This document shows, piece by piece, positions 39,410 to 48,306 of a stretch of DNA of 64,000 nt. Numbering within the stretch: position 1 is the stretch's first letter; each line of letters starts with the position of its first letter. Made by a program: the position numbers and the translations under genes. The notes under the pieces are model-generated. The model did not search any database and was not told where the DNA came from. It was given only the letters and a program-made list of their open reading frames with translations. This stretch comes from Candidatus Taylorbacteria bacterium RIFCSPLOWO2_12_FULL_43_20. GTDB lineage: Bacteria; Patescibacteriota; Minisyncoccia; Phycocordibacterales; HO2-43-120. The DNA lies in the NCBI GenBank assembly GCA_001821295.1, contig MHSK01000017.1, positions 31 through 64,030 of the forward strand, in the 5' to 3' direction.

Positions 39410-39512
39410 GTATCTGCTCACAAGACTGAGTAATCTGCTAACTACAGCCTTCTTTTCTTCTGTCATACCCGCGAAAGCGGGAATGACACCACTCGGCCTT
39501 ATGAGCAGATAC
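39410..39512. mobile_element. TIR-2 family MITE (internally shortened), 8-bp TSD ACTTACTT
   Basis: GTATCTGCTCA...TGAGCAGATAC; ACTTACTT at 39402-39409 and 39513-39520. Confidence 0.88.
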
Positions 39513-39717
39513 ACTTACTTCGCGTAAACGAACACACATAAGGATTGCAATCTCCTAACACGCCTACATACGCTCTGTCAAGCACCACCGAGGCTTTGCG
39601 AGGTGAGAAGCGAATACATGGAGCTTCGCAAGACCTTGAGCATTTTGTCTTCAAAATGCGAAAGGTTTACCGCGTCTGTAAGACGGCAGGCGGGGCGTTC
39701 ATCCGTTCCGTTTCCGT

Positions 39718-40061
39718 TCGTGTAAAATTCGAGCGAATGATATAATTAGTTCACCAAGAGAAACATTGGTCGGAAGTAAGAAAGCGGAGCGATTTTGCGG
39801 AAGCCGTTAAGTTCTGTATTGGTGAACTAATTATATCATTCGCTCGAATTTTACACGAGAAAAAAGGATAGCCAACGCGCCAAGCGCGTGGTAACTTGAA
39901 ACTTAATCGTACGCTCCGATTAAACGCCACCGGCCGCCGAGTACGGCGGCTTTGCCTCGCAGAAAATTTTCCTTGCATTTCTGATTTTGCGCGCGCCCGT
40001 CTTTTTTAAAATATGGAAAGGAAATTTTCTGCTCGGCTTCCGCGAAACGTGGTGGCGGCTA
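39718..40061. repeat. Left arm of tRNA-Glu-linked repeat (108-bp direct and 226-bp inverted relative to 41799-42112)
   Basis: 39718-39825 matches 42005-42112; 39819-40044 is the reverse complement of 41819-42044; one mismatch each by eye. Confidence 0.92.
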
Positions 40062-40128
40062 CATACAATATAGAAAATAGAAAACCCGTGACCATATTTC
40101 AGATCACGGGCGAGATTTTTCTCTCGGA

Positions 40129-40710
40129 TTAGACTTGCAGCTCACCAGTCCAAGGACTCTTGCGCGAAATTACGGCAAACAAGGTACCCGGCGGAAATCC
40201 TTTCTCCTTTGACCCAGGAATGCGCTCGATCTCATGCCTCTGTAATTTCGCCCTCCCATCACCGTCGAGGACGATAGCTAGTGTCCAACCAGGTTTGTCG
40301 CTAGCTTTCGAATGACCTCCAATGGCGACTATTGGGTACTGACAGTGACATTGTTCGTGTACCTTTGTATGCCATTTAGCTGCCCATTGCGCGTATAGTG
40401 CGTTTATCCAAGCATCTGACGCGGGCTTTCCTAGGCCAATGAGTCGGTCATGAGCTTCCTCTTCCTCAACCCAGGAGTTTTGAGAAAAACACAGGAATTG
40501 CACATACCCCATTTCTTTATTACTAACACCGACCCACAATCCCGTTTCCGTGTAGGTTTGCACCTTGTCGATAACTGAGCAGAGTAACTCTTTGGAGTGA
40601 GGTTGAACCAGCGCTTTCCAGAAGCGCTCGTTGGCTCCGTGTTTCCTGGCCAACATTATTAATTGGTGAATGAGACCGATCTCTTTACCGAATTCAGACT
40701 CGCCATTCAT
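40129..40710 (-). CDS. Hypothetical protein
   Basis: 193-aa ORF with AAAGGA upstream and a hairpin (40085-40111) downstream. Confidence 0.7.
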   Translation of the reverse strand: MNGESEFGKEIGLIHQLIMLARKHGANERFWKALVQPHSKELLCSVIDKVQTYTETGLWVGVSNKEMGYVQFLCFSQNSWVEEEEAHDRLIGLGKPASDAWINALYAQWAAKWHTKVHEQCHCQYPIVAIGGHSKASDKPGWTLAIVLDGDGRAKLQRHEIERIPGSKEKGFPPGTLFAVISRKSPWTGELQV

Positions 40711-40951
40711 GGCATGTCCTTTCTCGTTTGTGCCTCGTCGTTTAAGACATGGCGTTTAACTTTTTGCTAGATGACTTGGCCAAAGGTTTCGTCATAGCAG
40801 AGAATTACCAAAGATTTAGCAACTCTCTACTATGACAAAACAGTAAGTGGTTTCAAGGTGCTTTTACTGCCGACAGTGTACACTATATGACTATATATGT
40901 CAAGCTTGAATTTTTTCATCGTTTAACCGTTATATGGTAATATAAACAACA

Positions 40952-41449
40952 ATGGCTAGGATAAACCAAAAAAAATACAAAAACGCCGTTCTTTTCTTTG
41001 CAAGAAAAATTCAGAACGGCACTTTGGGTAAGCTCAAAATGATGAAGCTTCTCTATTTTCTTGATTTTGATTTCTTTGAAAAATTCGGCCGTTCAATCAC
41101 CGGCGATGAATATCTCCGATTTGAAAATGGACCCGTGCCACATATGGGAGAAAAAATCCTCAAGGAGATGAACGGAAAAGAAATCAAAATCACCAAGCGA
41201 AAAGTTGGCGAGGGTTACAATGACCAAATGCATATTGAAGCGTTGGCTGATTTTGACGTAAATGTTTTTGAGAAAGAGGAGCTGCTCATGCTTGAAGAAA
41301 TTGCGAGCAAGTGGGAGAAATTTACTGGATCAGAAATGAAAAATGCCAGTCATGGCGAAGCCCCGTGGATTGCCACGAAACCGGATGATGTAATTGATTA
41401 TAATCTCGCGCTCTATCGGAACAAATACGGAGAGATGGCGAAAGTATGA
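40952..41449 (+). CDS. Panacea (DUF4065/SocA-like) antitoxin
   Basis: KLKMMKLLYFLD, SITG..Y....GPVP, SH.EAPW. Confidence 0.88.
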   Translation: MARINQKKYKNAVLFFARKIQNGTLGKLKMMKLLYFLDFDFFEKFGRSITGDEYLRFENGPVPHMGEKILKEMNGKEIKITKRKVGEGYNDQMHIEALADFDVNVFEKEELLMLEEIASKWEKFTGSEMKNASHGEAPWIATKPDDVIDYNLALYRNKYGEMAKV

Positions 41450-41459
41450 TTAACTCGCT

Positions 41460-41801
41460 ATGGAACTTTCTCGGCATGACGATCTTGAAAAAGATCTACG
41501 AAATCTAAAACGCTTTCCAACTCCACGAGAATCTTTAGAGGCATGGGAACGCCTCTTTAGTCTGAAAGGACTCCGAGAAACTCCGGGTGTTGACCCATTC
41601 CGAGGATTTGGTAATGCGAAAATTTACAAAGGGCGAGTCGTGCCGTTGAAAGAGAACATGGGAAAGTCAAAAGGTTATCGGGTCATCGTCCAAATAATTT
41701 CCCATGATTGTTTTAAGATTCTCGTATTTTCTCGTCACGGAATTTATCACGACGAGCAAGATTTGATTGATATTGTCAAAGCTCGTTTGATTATTTGTTA
41801 G
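41460..41801 (+). CDS. RelE/HigB-like toxin
   Basis: EKDLRNL, KIYKGR...GKSKGYRVI; starts 10 nt after the Panacea gene. Confidence 0.75.
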   Translation: MELSRHDDLEKDLRNLKRFPTPRESLEAWERLFSLKGLRETPGVDPFRGFGNAKIYKGRVVPLKENMGKSKGYRVIVQIISHDCFKILVFSRHGIYHDEQDLIDIVKARLIIC

Positions 41802-42112
41802 CCTCCACCGCGCTTTCGCGCGGAAGCCGAGCAGAAAATTTCCTTTCCATATTTTAAAAAAGACGGGCGCGCGCAAAATCAGAAATGCAAGGAAAATTTT
41901 CTGCGAGGCAAAGCCGCCGTACTCGGCGGCCGGTGGCGTTTAATCGGAGCGTACGATTAAGTTTCAAGTTACCACGCGCTTGGCGCGTTGGCTATCCTTT
42001 TTTCTCGTGTAAAATTCGAGCGAATGATATGATTAGTTCACCAAGAGAAACATTGGTCGGAAGTAAGAAAGCGGAGCGATTTTGCGGAAGCCGTTAAGTT
42101 CTGTATTGGTGA
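41799..42112. repeat. Right arm of tRNA-Glu-linked repeat
   Basis: Begins at the toxin stop codon and ends in the tRNA 3' end (TTGGTGA). Confidence 0.9.
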
Positions 42113-42181
42113 CCCTACCGGGAATCGAACCCGGATTACCGGCTTGAAAAGCCGATGTCCTAACCGTTAGACGATAGGGCC
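42107..42181 (-). tRNA. tRNA-Glu (TTC)
   Basis: GGCCCTATCGTCTAACGGTTAGGACATCGGCTTTTCAAGCCGGTAATCCGGGTTCGATTCCCGGTAGGGTCACCA; CCA encoded. Confidence 0.97.
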
Positions 42182-42292
42182 TTGCGCAGAACGCGGAATT
42201 TCTAATTTCTAATTTTTAGAAAATTGAAAAGGTAAAAAAATACTAGCATTTATTGGAAAATTGGCAAAAAAATCTTTTTCATCCACTGACTC

Positions 42293-42505
42293 TTATTTTT
42301 TTGCATCCGGTCCAAATTTTCCTTCAAACTGATCTGCGTATTTTTCTTGTTTCCCCTCATGGCTGTCTATCCAGCCGCCGCTTTTGTCATCCGGCTTTTT
42401 ACCTTGCGCTTCCATGTCATATTTCCGTGTATTTTTTATCTCTCCCTCCCCCGCATCCACGGCGCGGCGCATCATTTCAAAAGGATTTTCTTTTTCTATT
42501 GACAT
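42293..42505 (-). CDS. Small hydrophilic hypothetical protein
   Basis: 70-aa ORF; TATGAT 6 nt before ATG. Confidence 0.55.
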   Translation of the reverse strand: MSIEKENPFEMMRRAVDAGEGEIKNTRKYDMEAQGKKPDDKSGGWIDSHEGKQEKYADQFEGKFGPDAKK

Positions 42506-42563
42506 GTATTGATCATACTATTTTTTGAAGAAAACGCAAAGAATGCTAGGATTGTATATACAA

Positions 42564-42731
42564 CAACCCAAGGGTTGCCTTCCCCACCCACTACGCTCCT
42601 CATTCGCCAAAGGATACGGAAGGACAAGCACCTACTTCGCTAAAGCTACGAAGGTCAAGGAAAGCTACGCGGGTCAAGAAGAGCTACGGCAACCCGATGG
42701 GTGCCTGCGCGTAAAGCTACAGCAACCCAAG
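42564..42731. repeat. Cluster of nested family D-like hairpins before tRNA-Ser
   Basis: Repeated TTCGCTAAAGCTACG / AAGAGCTACGG / AAAGCTAC motifs and three CAACCC(AA/GAT)GGG units. Confidence 0.6.
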
Positions 42732-42818
42732 GGAGGAGTGCCAGAGTGGTCGAATGGGCCGCACTCGAAATGCGGTGTGCTCGTAAGGGTACCGTGAGTT
42801 CGAATCTCACCTCCTCCG
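42732..42818 (+). tRNA. tRNA-Ser (CGA)
   Basis: GGAGGAG/CTCCTCC acceptor stem, CCGCA-CT-CGA-AA-TGCGG anticodon arm, long variable arm, GTTCGAATC; CCA not encoded. Confidence 0.96.
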
Positions 42819-42994
42819 TAATTCAGGATTTTGCAAGTGGAAAGACGATGCCTCGCGGCGCGAAACGCGCCGCTCGGCTAGGATGTGAAAGGGGTTTTTT
42901 GAGTAAAAACGAAAAGGATTTATCAATGAAGGGCAAAAGAAATTTTTTCATCAATTTTATAAAATCGAAATAATTAACCGTCAATTTTAATATT

Positions 42995-43315
42995 ATGAAC
43001 TCGAAAGGATTTTCTAAAAATGGATTAATTTTGATAATCGTTGGAGTTTTAATTGTAGTCGGTGGAATTTATTGGTGGCAGAAAGAAACAATAAACGCAA
43101 TAATTTTTGATAGTAGTAATATCAATCACGCCCCCGAGTATTGTAATTGGCGACCAGAAAAAGCAGACTACGGTCCATGTGCTGTAGAATGGGGAGCATA
43201 TTTTGACGGAGAAAGATGTATTGGCATAGGTGGTTGCGGTCCGGTACCAGAAGTTCCTTTTACTTCAGTAGAAAATTGTAATAACATATGCGAAGTGAAG
43301 ACCGACAGATTTTGA
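42995..43315 (+). CDS. Membrane-anchored Kunitz/BPTI-like protein
   Basis: MNSKGFS...LILII TM segment; six Cys in C..P...GPC...YF...C...GGC...F.S.E.C...C. Confidence 0.65.
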   Translation: MNSKGFSKNGLILIIVGVLIVVGGIYWWQKETINAIIFDSSNINHAPEYCNWRPEKADYGPCAVEWGAYFDGERCIGIGGCGPVPEVPFTSVENCNNICEVKTDRF

Positions 43316-43653
43316 AGTAATTTTCCGCCAAGAAAAATTCGGCAAAATATCTTTTGTCTTTTTTATAAAAAACCCTGCCGTAAGGACGACAGGGTATTTC
43401 TCTCTTTATATTTTGTGAGCAAACGTCACAGCAAATTCTTTAACACAGCGTAGATACCCCCTTTTTCTTCGACAGAAGATCAAGCTGAGACATCCGTCGC
43501 CTGATTGCATCCGGAAATCTTCTCTCCACTCGCCCTCGATCAGCAGCTTCCATCTTTGGCGACAGATTCTCTCTCTTTGAATTCAGAAAAAGAAAGTGGC
43601 CGTCATTCAATTAAGGATTGACGGCCATGATGATGGAAGTTAGCGGCAATGAG

Positions 43654-43947
43654 TCAACGACGTTGTTTCCGTCCCCACCATATAAAAAAGGTCTCGATGT
43701 TTGGAAGACCAAGGTCGTCCAGTACCATCGAAATGAATACGATGGCGTAAACGAATTTATAGCCAAGATCTATACCGACGAAGTTCGTGATCTTCTGCGC
43801 CACTTCGTCACCAACAATGAACGTAACTGGGATCATGGCGAAGACAAAGGCAATCGCAAGGATGAAGTAGAAAATCAGGGCGACAAAGATAGCGAAGAAT
43901 CCGTTCCTTACAACTATCATAAAGAACTCAGAAGCTTTCCCACGCAT
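43654..43947 (-). CDS. Small hydrophobic membrane hypothetical protein
   Basis: GAAAGGAG upstream; 2-3 TM segments. Confidence 0.55.
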   Translation of the reverse strand: MRGKASEFFMIVVRNGFFAIFVALIFYFILAIAFVFAMIPVTFIVGDEVAQKITNFVGIDLGYKFVYAIVFISMVLDDLGLPNIETFFIWWGRKQRR

Positions 43948-44146
43948 GGTTTCTCTCCTTTCTAGGAACTGTTTGAGTACTTCTGAACGTCATGTTCAGA
44001 CTGCCGTATATTCTAATATAACTTAACAAATACGTCAAAAGTACCTAGTCGTACGTACCATCTCGCCACTTGGTTTATGCGCTTGATTTAAGGTTCAGTA
44101 GGTATAAAATCTGTATCAGAGATCACAATCAACAAAACTTTACAAA

Positions 44147-44467
44147 ATGCACACTCGAGCAGTCATATATGTGGTAAAGGCAGAAAACACCTTTGACAAA
44201 CTTAGGCGCGTAGCGTTAACGGACCAATGTCAGTATTGTATTCAGCAGACACAAATGCTTATTTCTCACATCCGGTCATTAGCGCAAGCAGTTGAAGCGT
44301 ACGGAGATGACAACAGAAGATACGCGGCACTCCGCCTTGAATGTCCGGTATCGGACGTCACCGAGGAACAAGCCATGGCACATTATATTGAAAAGGGAGG
44401 CGCCGAGGGTTTCCGCAAAAGACAAGAAGAGGCAAAAAAGGAACAACAAACGGCTCAATTTGGATGA
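44147..44467 (+). CDS. Hypothetical protein
   Basis: 106-aa ORF with TTGATT..TAAAAT promoter-like sequence upstream and a hairpin plus T-tract downstream. Confidence 0.6.
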   Translation: MHTRAVIYVVKAENTFDKLRRVALTDQCQYCIQQTQMLISHIRSLAQAVEAYGDDNRRYAALRLECPVSDVTEEQAMAHYIEKGGAEGFRKRQEEAKKEQQTAQFG

Positions 44468-44543
44468 CAAGACATACGTCTTGTCTTTTTTTATGGTAGA
44501 TACCGCTTAACGAAAAGCGCACACGAATGAGAAACACCCCATC

Positions 44544-44644
44544 CCCAGCATCTTCTTTTACCCGATAAAAGAAGATGCTGGGACTTCCCCTCTAACTCCC
44601 CTTCGCTCTAAGAAGAGCTTCGGCGGAGCATGAGAGGGGAAGAG
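44544..44644. repeat. Perfect palindrome plus family E hairpin carrying a family D insert
   Basis: CCCAGCATCTTCTTTTA-CCCGA-TAAAAGAAGATGCTGGG; CTTCCCCTCTA[...TTCGCTCTAAGAAGAGCTTCGG...]GAGAGGGGAAGAG. Confidence 0.7.
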
Positions 44645-44778
44645 TGGGGGCACCTATTCCTCTCCTCGCTAGCTGAAACAAACGCGCCGGACGAGTGGCG
44701 TATTTATAAATATGTAAGATTATTAAAGGGGTTTACTTTATTTAGATAATGTGTTAATATAGCATTAAATCACAAATT

Positions 44779-46317
44779 ATGCTTAAAACAAAGAAAAAGA
44801 GAATTTTCGTCATCATAGCCGCGCTCAGCATCATCGCGCTCGCCGTTTTCTTCGTATCCAGAGAGGAGGATCCTCTATCGCGCTATGAACTGGAGAACGC
44901 GCAACGTGGCGATATTGTTGAAGTCGTGAGCATAACCGGCACAGTGAAGCCCTCAAAGGAAGTTTCGCTCGGGTTTGTAAGGGCAGGCAAAATCAACGCG
45001 ATCAGCGTCAAAGTCGGCGATAAGGTCAACAAAGGTAAAGTGTTGGTCTCTATGGATGACTCTGATATTCGCGCCGAATTGTCACGCGCCAAAATCGCAT
45101 TAGAGGCGGAGAAAATCAACCTGGAAAATATAAAAAGGGCGGGAGCCAGAATAGCGAAAAACGGCAATAACATCTCACCCGATGAAGCCGCCGTTTTGAG
45201 CGCGCTCAATCAATACACAGAAAGTTTGAAGGAAGCGTATACGAAAACCGATAATACTGTAAGAACATACGTTGACAAGTTTTTCGGTGACTCGCGACAA
45301 TCCCCACATTTTGGCATAGAAATCCATGACGGAAACGCTAAATATTTTGTCAGTGGCTTACCTGATCAGCAGATCAGCATCAACCGCGAAAAGAGAATGC
45401 TCAACTCCGATTTAAAAATCTGGCGCGAAAGCACAGCGGAAAATTTTTCTTCCGATGTTGACGAAGTATTCGACATCGCTGAAACAACACTGATGAATGC
45501 CGATAGTATGGTCCAAGGCATCGGTGACATTTTGGATTCCAAAACATACACTTCCGCGACTGAAGAAAGCATATATAAAGGACTGCGGTCGGATTTGCAC
45601 ACCGCCCGCTCTGCCATAGTAAACGAATTATCGGCAATACGTCTCACAAAAAATAATTATCTTAAAACGTCGGCAAATTCAAGCCCGGAGGAAATCCGCC
45701 TTGCTGATCTCCAGGTGAAATCCGCTCTAGCAAACATCGCTAGCATTGAAGACCGCCTGAGCGAAACATGGATAGCATCGCCATTTAGCGGTACGGTGGT
45801 TGCCGTAAACGCCGAAACTGGAGAGATAGCTTCAACAAATTCCCCTATCGTAAAAATGATATCATCAGGGCAATACGAGATTGAAGCATTTGTTCCTGAA
45901 TCCGACATCGCAAAAGTCAAAGTAAAAGACACCGCCGAAGTTACACTTGACGCTTATGGAGAAGATGAGATTTTTGAAGCTTTTGTGGCAAGCATTGATC
46001 CTGCCGAAACCGCTCAAGAAGGCATTTCTACATATAAAATCAAATTGGTATTCGTCTCCGATGACTCAAGAATCTTATCCGGAATGACGGCCAACATAGA
46101 CATCTCCACGGAAAAGAAAGAAGACGTTATCAAGATTCCCGAGCGGGCTGTAATACGAGAAAAAGGGGAATATTTCGTAAGAGTTGTAACAGCGTCGGGA
46201 ACCGATGTGGAAAAAAAGAAAGTTGTTCCCGGTATAAGAGGCGCGGACAGTTATAGAGAGATCATTTCCGGAATCAAAGAAGGAGAACAGATTGTCGTGT
46301 TTGATAAACAAGAATAA
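44779..46317 (+). CDS. Efflux membrane fusion (MacA/HlyD-like) adaptor
   Basis: TGTVKP, VKVGDKVNKG, ASPFSGTV, VPESDIAKV, GMTA. Confidence 0.9.
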   Translation: MLKTKKKRIFVIIAALSIIALAVFFVSREEDPLSRYELENAQRGDIVEVVSITGTVKPSKEVSLGFVRAGKINAISVKVGDKVNKGKVLVSMDDSDIRAELSRAKIALEAEKINLENIKRAGARIAKNGNNISPDEAAVLSALNQYTESLKEAYTKTDNTVRTYVDKFFGDSRQSPHFGIEIHDGNAKYFVSGLPDQQISINREKRMLNSDLKIWRESTAENFSSDVDEVFDIAETTLMNADSMVQGIGDILDSKTYTSATEESIYKGLRSDLHTARSAIVNELSAIRLTKNNYLKTSANSSPEEIRLADLQVKSALANIASIEDRLSETWIASPFSGTVVAVNAETGEIASTNSPIVKMISSGQYEIEAFVPESDIAKVKVKDTAEVTLDAYGEDEIFEAFVASIDPAETAQEGISTYKIKLVFVSDDSRILSGMTANIDISTEKKEDVIKIPERAVIREKGEYFVRVVTASGTDVEKKKVVPGIRGADSYREIISGIKEGEQIVVFDKQE

Positions 46318-46318
46318 T

Positions 46319-47038
46319 ATGCCCCCGCTGATTGAGACAAGAAATATCTGTAAAGAGTACAGAGACGGGCAAACAGTTACGCCTGTTCTTGATAACATAT
46401 CACTTCAGATAAGGAAAGGAGAATTTGTGGCAATCATGGGTCCGTCAGGATCAGGCAAATCAACACTGCTTCATATTCTCGGTTTCCTTGACGCGTACTC
46501 GTCCGGAGATTATCTTTTTGAAGGAAAAGAGACATCATCTTACACGGAAGAAGAATCGGCAAAAGTGCGAAACCGGAAAATCGGCTTTGTTTTCCAGGCC
46601 TTCAATCTTCTTGCGCGCGCGAGCGTACTGGACAATGTTAAACTGCCCTTGCTCTATTCAGAAATAGACGAGAAAGAATGGGATGAACGGGCGAGAAAAT
46701 CATTGGAGTCCGTAGGGCTTTCGCATAGGATAAACCACGAACCGAACGAATTATCGGGAGGTGAAAAACAAAGAGCGGCAATCGCAAGAGCTTTGGTCGC
46801 AAACCCTGAAGTGATATTCGCCGATGAGCCGACAGGAAACCTTGATTCCAAATCGGGACAAATGGTCATGGAAACCCTCGAACAGGTCCACCAGAAAGAA
46901 GGGCGGACAATTATCCTCATTACACATGAGACAGAAACGGCGGAACACGCGGAAAGAATTATCAATATCAGAGACGGCAAGATTGAAAAAGACGAAAAAA
47001 TCGCGACGAGACGACTCGCCAAGACTTTCATAAAGTAA
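46319..47038 (+). CDS. ABC transporter ATP-binding protein (MacB/LolD type)
   Basis: GPSGSGKST, LSGGEKQR, ADEPTGNLD. Confidence 0.95.
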   Translation: MPPLIETRNICKEYRDGQTVTPVLDNISLQIRKGEFVAIMGPSGSGKSTLLHILGFLDAYSSGDYLFEGKETSSYTEEESAKVRNRKIGFVFQAFNLLARASVLDNVKLPLLYSEIDEKEWDERARKSLESVGLSHRINHEPNELSGGEKQRAAIARALVANPEVIFADEPTGNLDSKSGQMVMETLEQVHQKEGRTIILITHETETAEHAERIINIRDGKIEKDEKIATRRLAKTFIK

Positions 47039-47043
47039 CACGC

Positions 47044-48279
47044 ATGAGAACAGCCCATACATTCAAATCAGCGTTTAAATCCTTGAGGGCCAATAAAACC
47101 AGATCGGCCCTTACCATACTCGGTATCGTTATCGGAATAACGGCTATCATAATAGTGGTCTCAGTAAGCGAGGGAGCAAAAGGACTGATATTGAGCCAGA
47201 TCAAAGGGCTGGGCGCTAACATAATTTTTATTGAACCCGGCAGAGAACCCGAGGGACCTTCCGATTTCACTCAGATATTGTCAGACTCATTGAAAGATCG
47301 CGAGCTGAAAGCCCTGAACAAAAGAAACATACCCGATCTCAAAGATCTGGCTCCGGCCGTCATGGTGCCTGCCATATTGAGCCGCGGCGGAGAAACAAAA
47401 AACACAAACGTGCTCGGCACTTCTCCGCTTTATGCGGAAATGCTGTCCATTTTCCCGGAACAAGGCGTCTTTTTATCAGATGATGATGTTTTATCAGGAT
47501 CCAACTCCGTGGTTATCGGCTACAATGTCAAAGAAGAGCTTTTCGGCCCGTCCGACGCGCTAGGTGAGAATATAAAAATCAAAAATAAAAATTTCAGGGT
47601 CATCGGCGTCTTTCCGAAGAAAGGGCAAGTGGCTTTTTTTGACGTAGACAACGTGGCAATTATTCCATACACAACAGCCCTGAACTACATATCGGGTTCG
47701 CGGCATTACAATCTGATCATGGCCGAGATCAGCACCGACGAGGCAGTACCCAGAGCCGCCAAGGACATTGAAATAACACTCCGCAATCTGCACTCTATCA
47801 CCGATCCTGAAAAAGACGATTTTCACATTACGACGCAGGAAGATATAGTAGACAGAGTAGGCACGATCACGGGCGTATTGCAGACTCTTCTCGGATCGGT
47901 AGCGGCAATTTCTCTCATAGTGGGAGGTATAGGAATAATGAACATCATGCTCGTGTCTGTAACTGAAAGAACCAGAGAAATAGGACTGAGAAAGGCCCTA
48001 GGCGCTAGACCGGCTGACATACTTTATCAATTTCTTCTTGAAGCAGTGATGCTTACGATCATAGGCGGAGTCATAGGAATTATCTTGGGCGCTTTGTTTT
48101 CATTTACGGTATCCATTGTCTTGAGCAAAACACTTAACCTTGACTGGTCATTTGTTTTTTCCACGAAAGCCGCGGCTCTAGGAATAGCAGTGTCCGGAGG
48201 AATCGGCCTCATTTTCGGAATTTTCCCCGCCCGACGCGCATCCAAGAAAAGCCCTATTGAGGCGCTTAGATACGAATAG
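47044..48279 (+). CDS. ABC transporter permease (MacB/FtsX family)
   Basis: RSALTILGIVIG, GGIGIMNIMLVSVTERTREIG, PIEALRYE. Confidence 0.95.
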   Translation: MRTAHTFKSAFKSLRANKTRSALTILGIVIGITAIIIVVSVSEGAKGLILSQIKGLGANIIFIEPGREPEGPSDFTQILSDSLKDRELKALNKRNIPDLKDLAPAVMVPAILSRGGETKNTNVLGTSPLYAEMLSIFPEQGVFLSDDDVLSGSNSVVIGYNVKEELFGPSDALGENIKIKNKNFRVIGVFPKKGQVAFFDVDNVAIIPYTTALNYISGSRHYNLIMAEISTDEAVPRAAKDIEITLRNLHSITDPEKDDFHITTQEDIVDRVGTITGVLQTLLGSVAAISLIVGGIGIMNIMLVSVTERTREIGLRKALGARPADILYQFLLEAVMLTIIGGVIGIILGALFSFTVSIVLSKTLNLDWSFVFSTKAAALGIAVSGGIGLIFGIFPARRASKKSPIEALRYE

Positions 48280-48306
48280 AATGTCAACACTAAGTGTTGA
48301 CATTCT
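48278..48306. repeat. Palindrome family H (copy 2)
   Basis: AGAATGTCAACACTAAGTGTTGACATTCT. Confidence 0.75.

Noticed and set aside
40129-40300. C-terminus of 40129..40710 loosely recalls CPR DGR target endings
   Set aside because: No template repeat or RT found; the resemblance is by eye only.
39751-42097. Twin ORFs MQGKFSARQ... (39751-39978 minus, 41885-42097 plus)
   Set aside because: They lie wholly within the repeat arms, have different C-termini and show no recognisable protein motif.
44503-44560. GCTTAAC after a gene as an integron attC R'' site
   Set aside because: No matching GTTRRRY or L boxes at suitable spacing, and no integrase.
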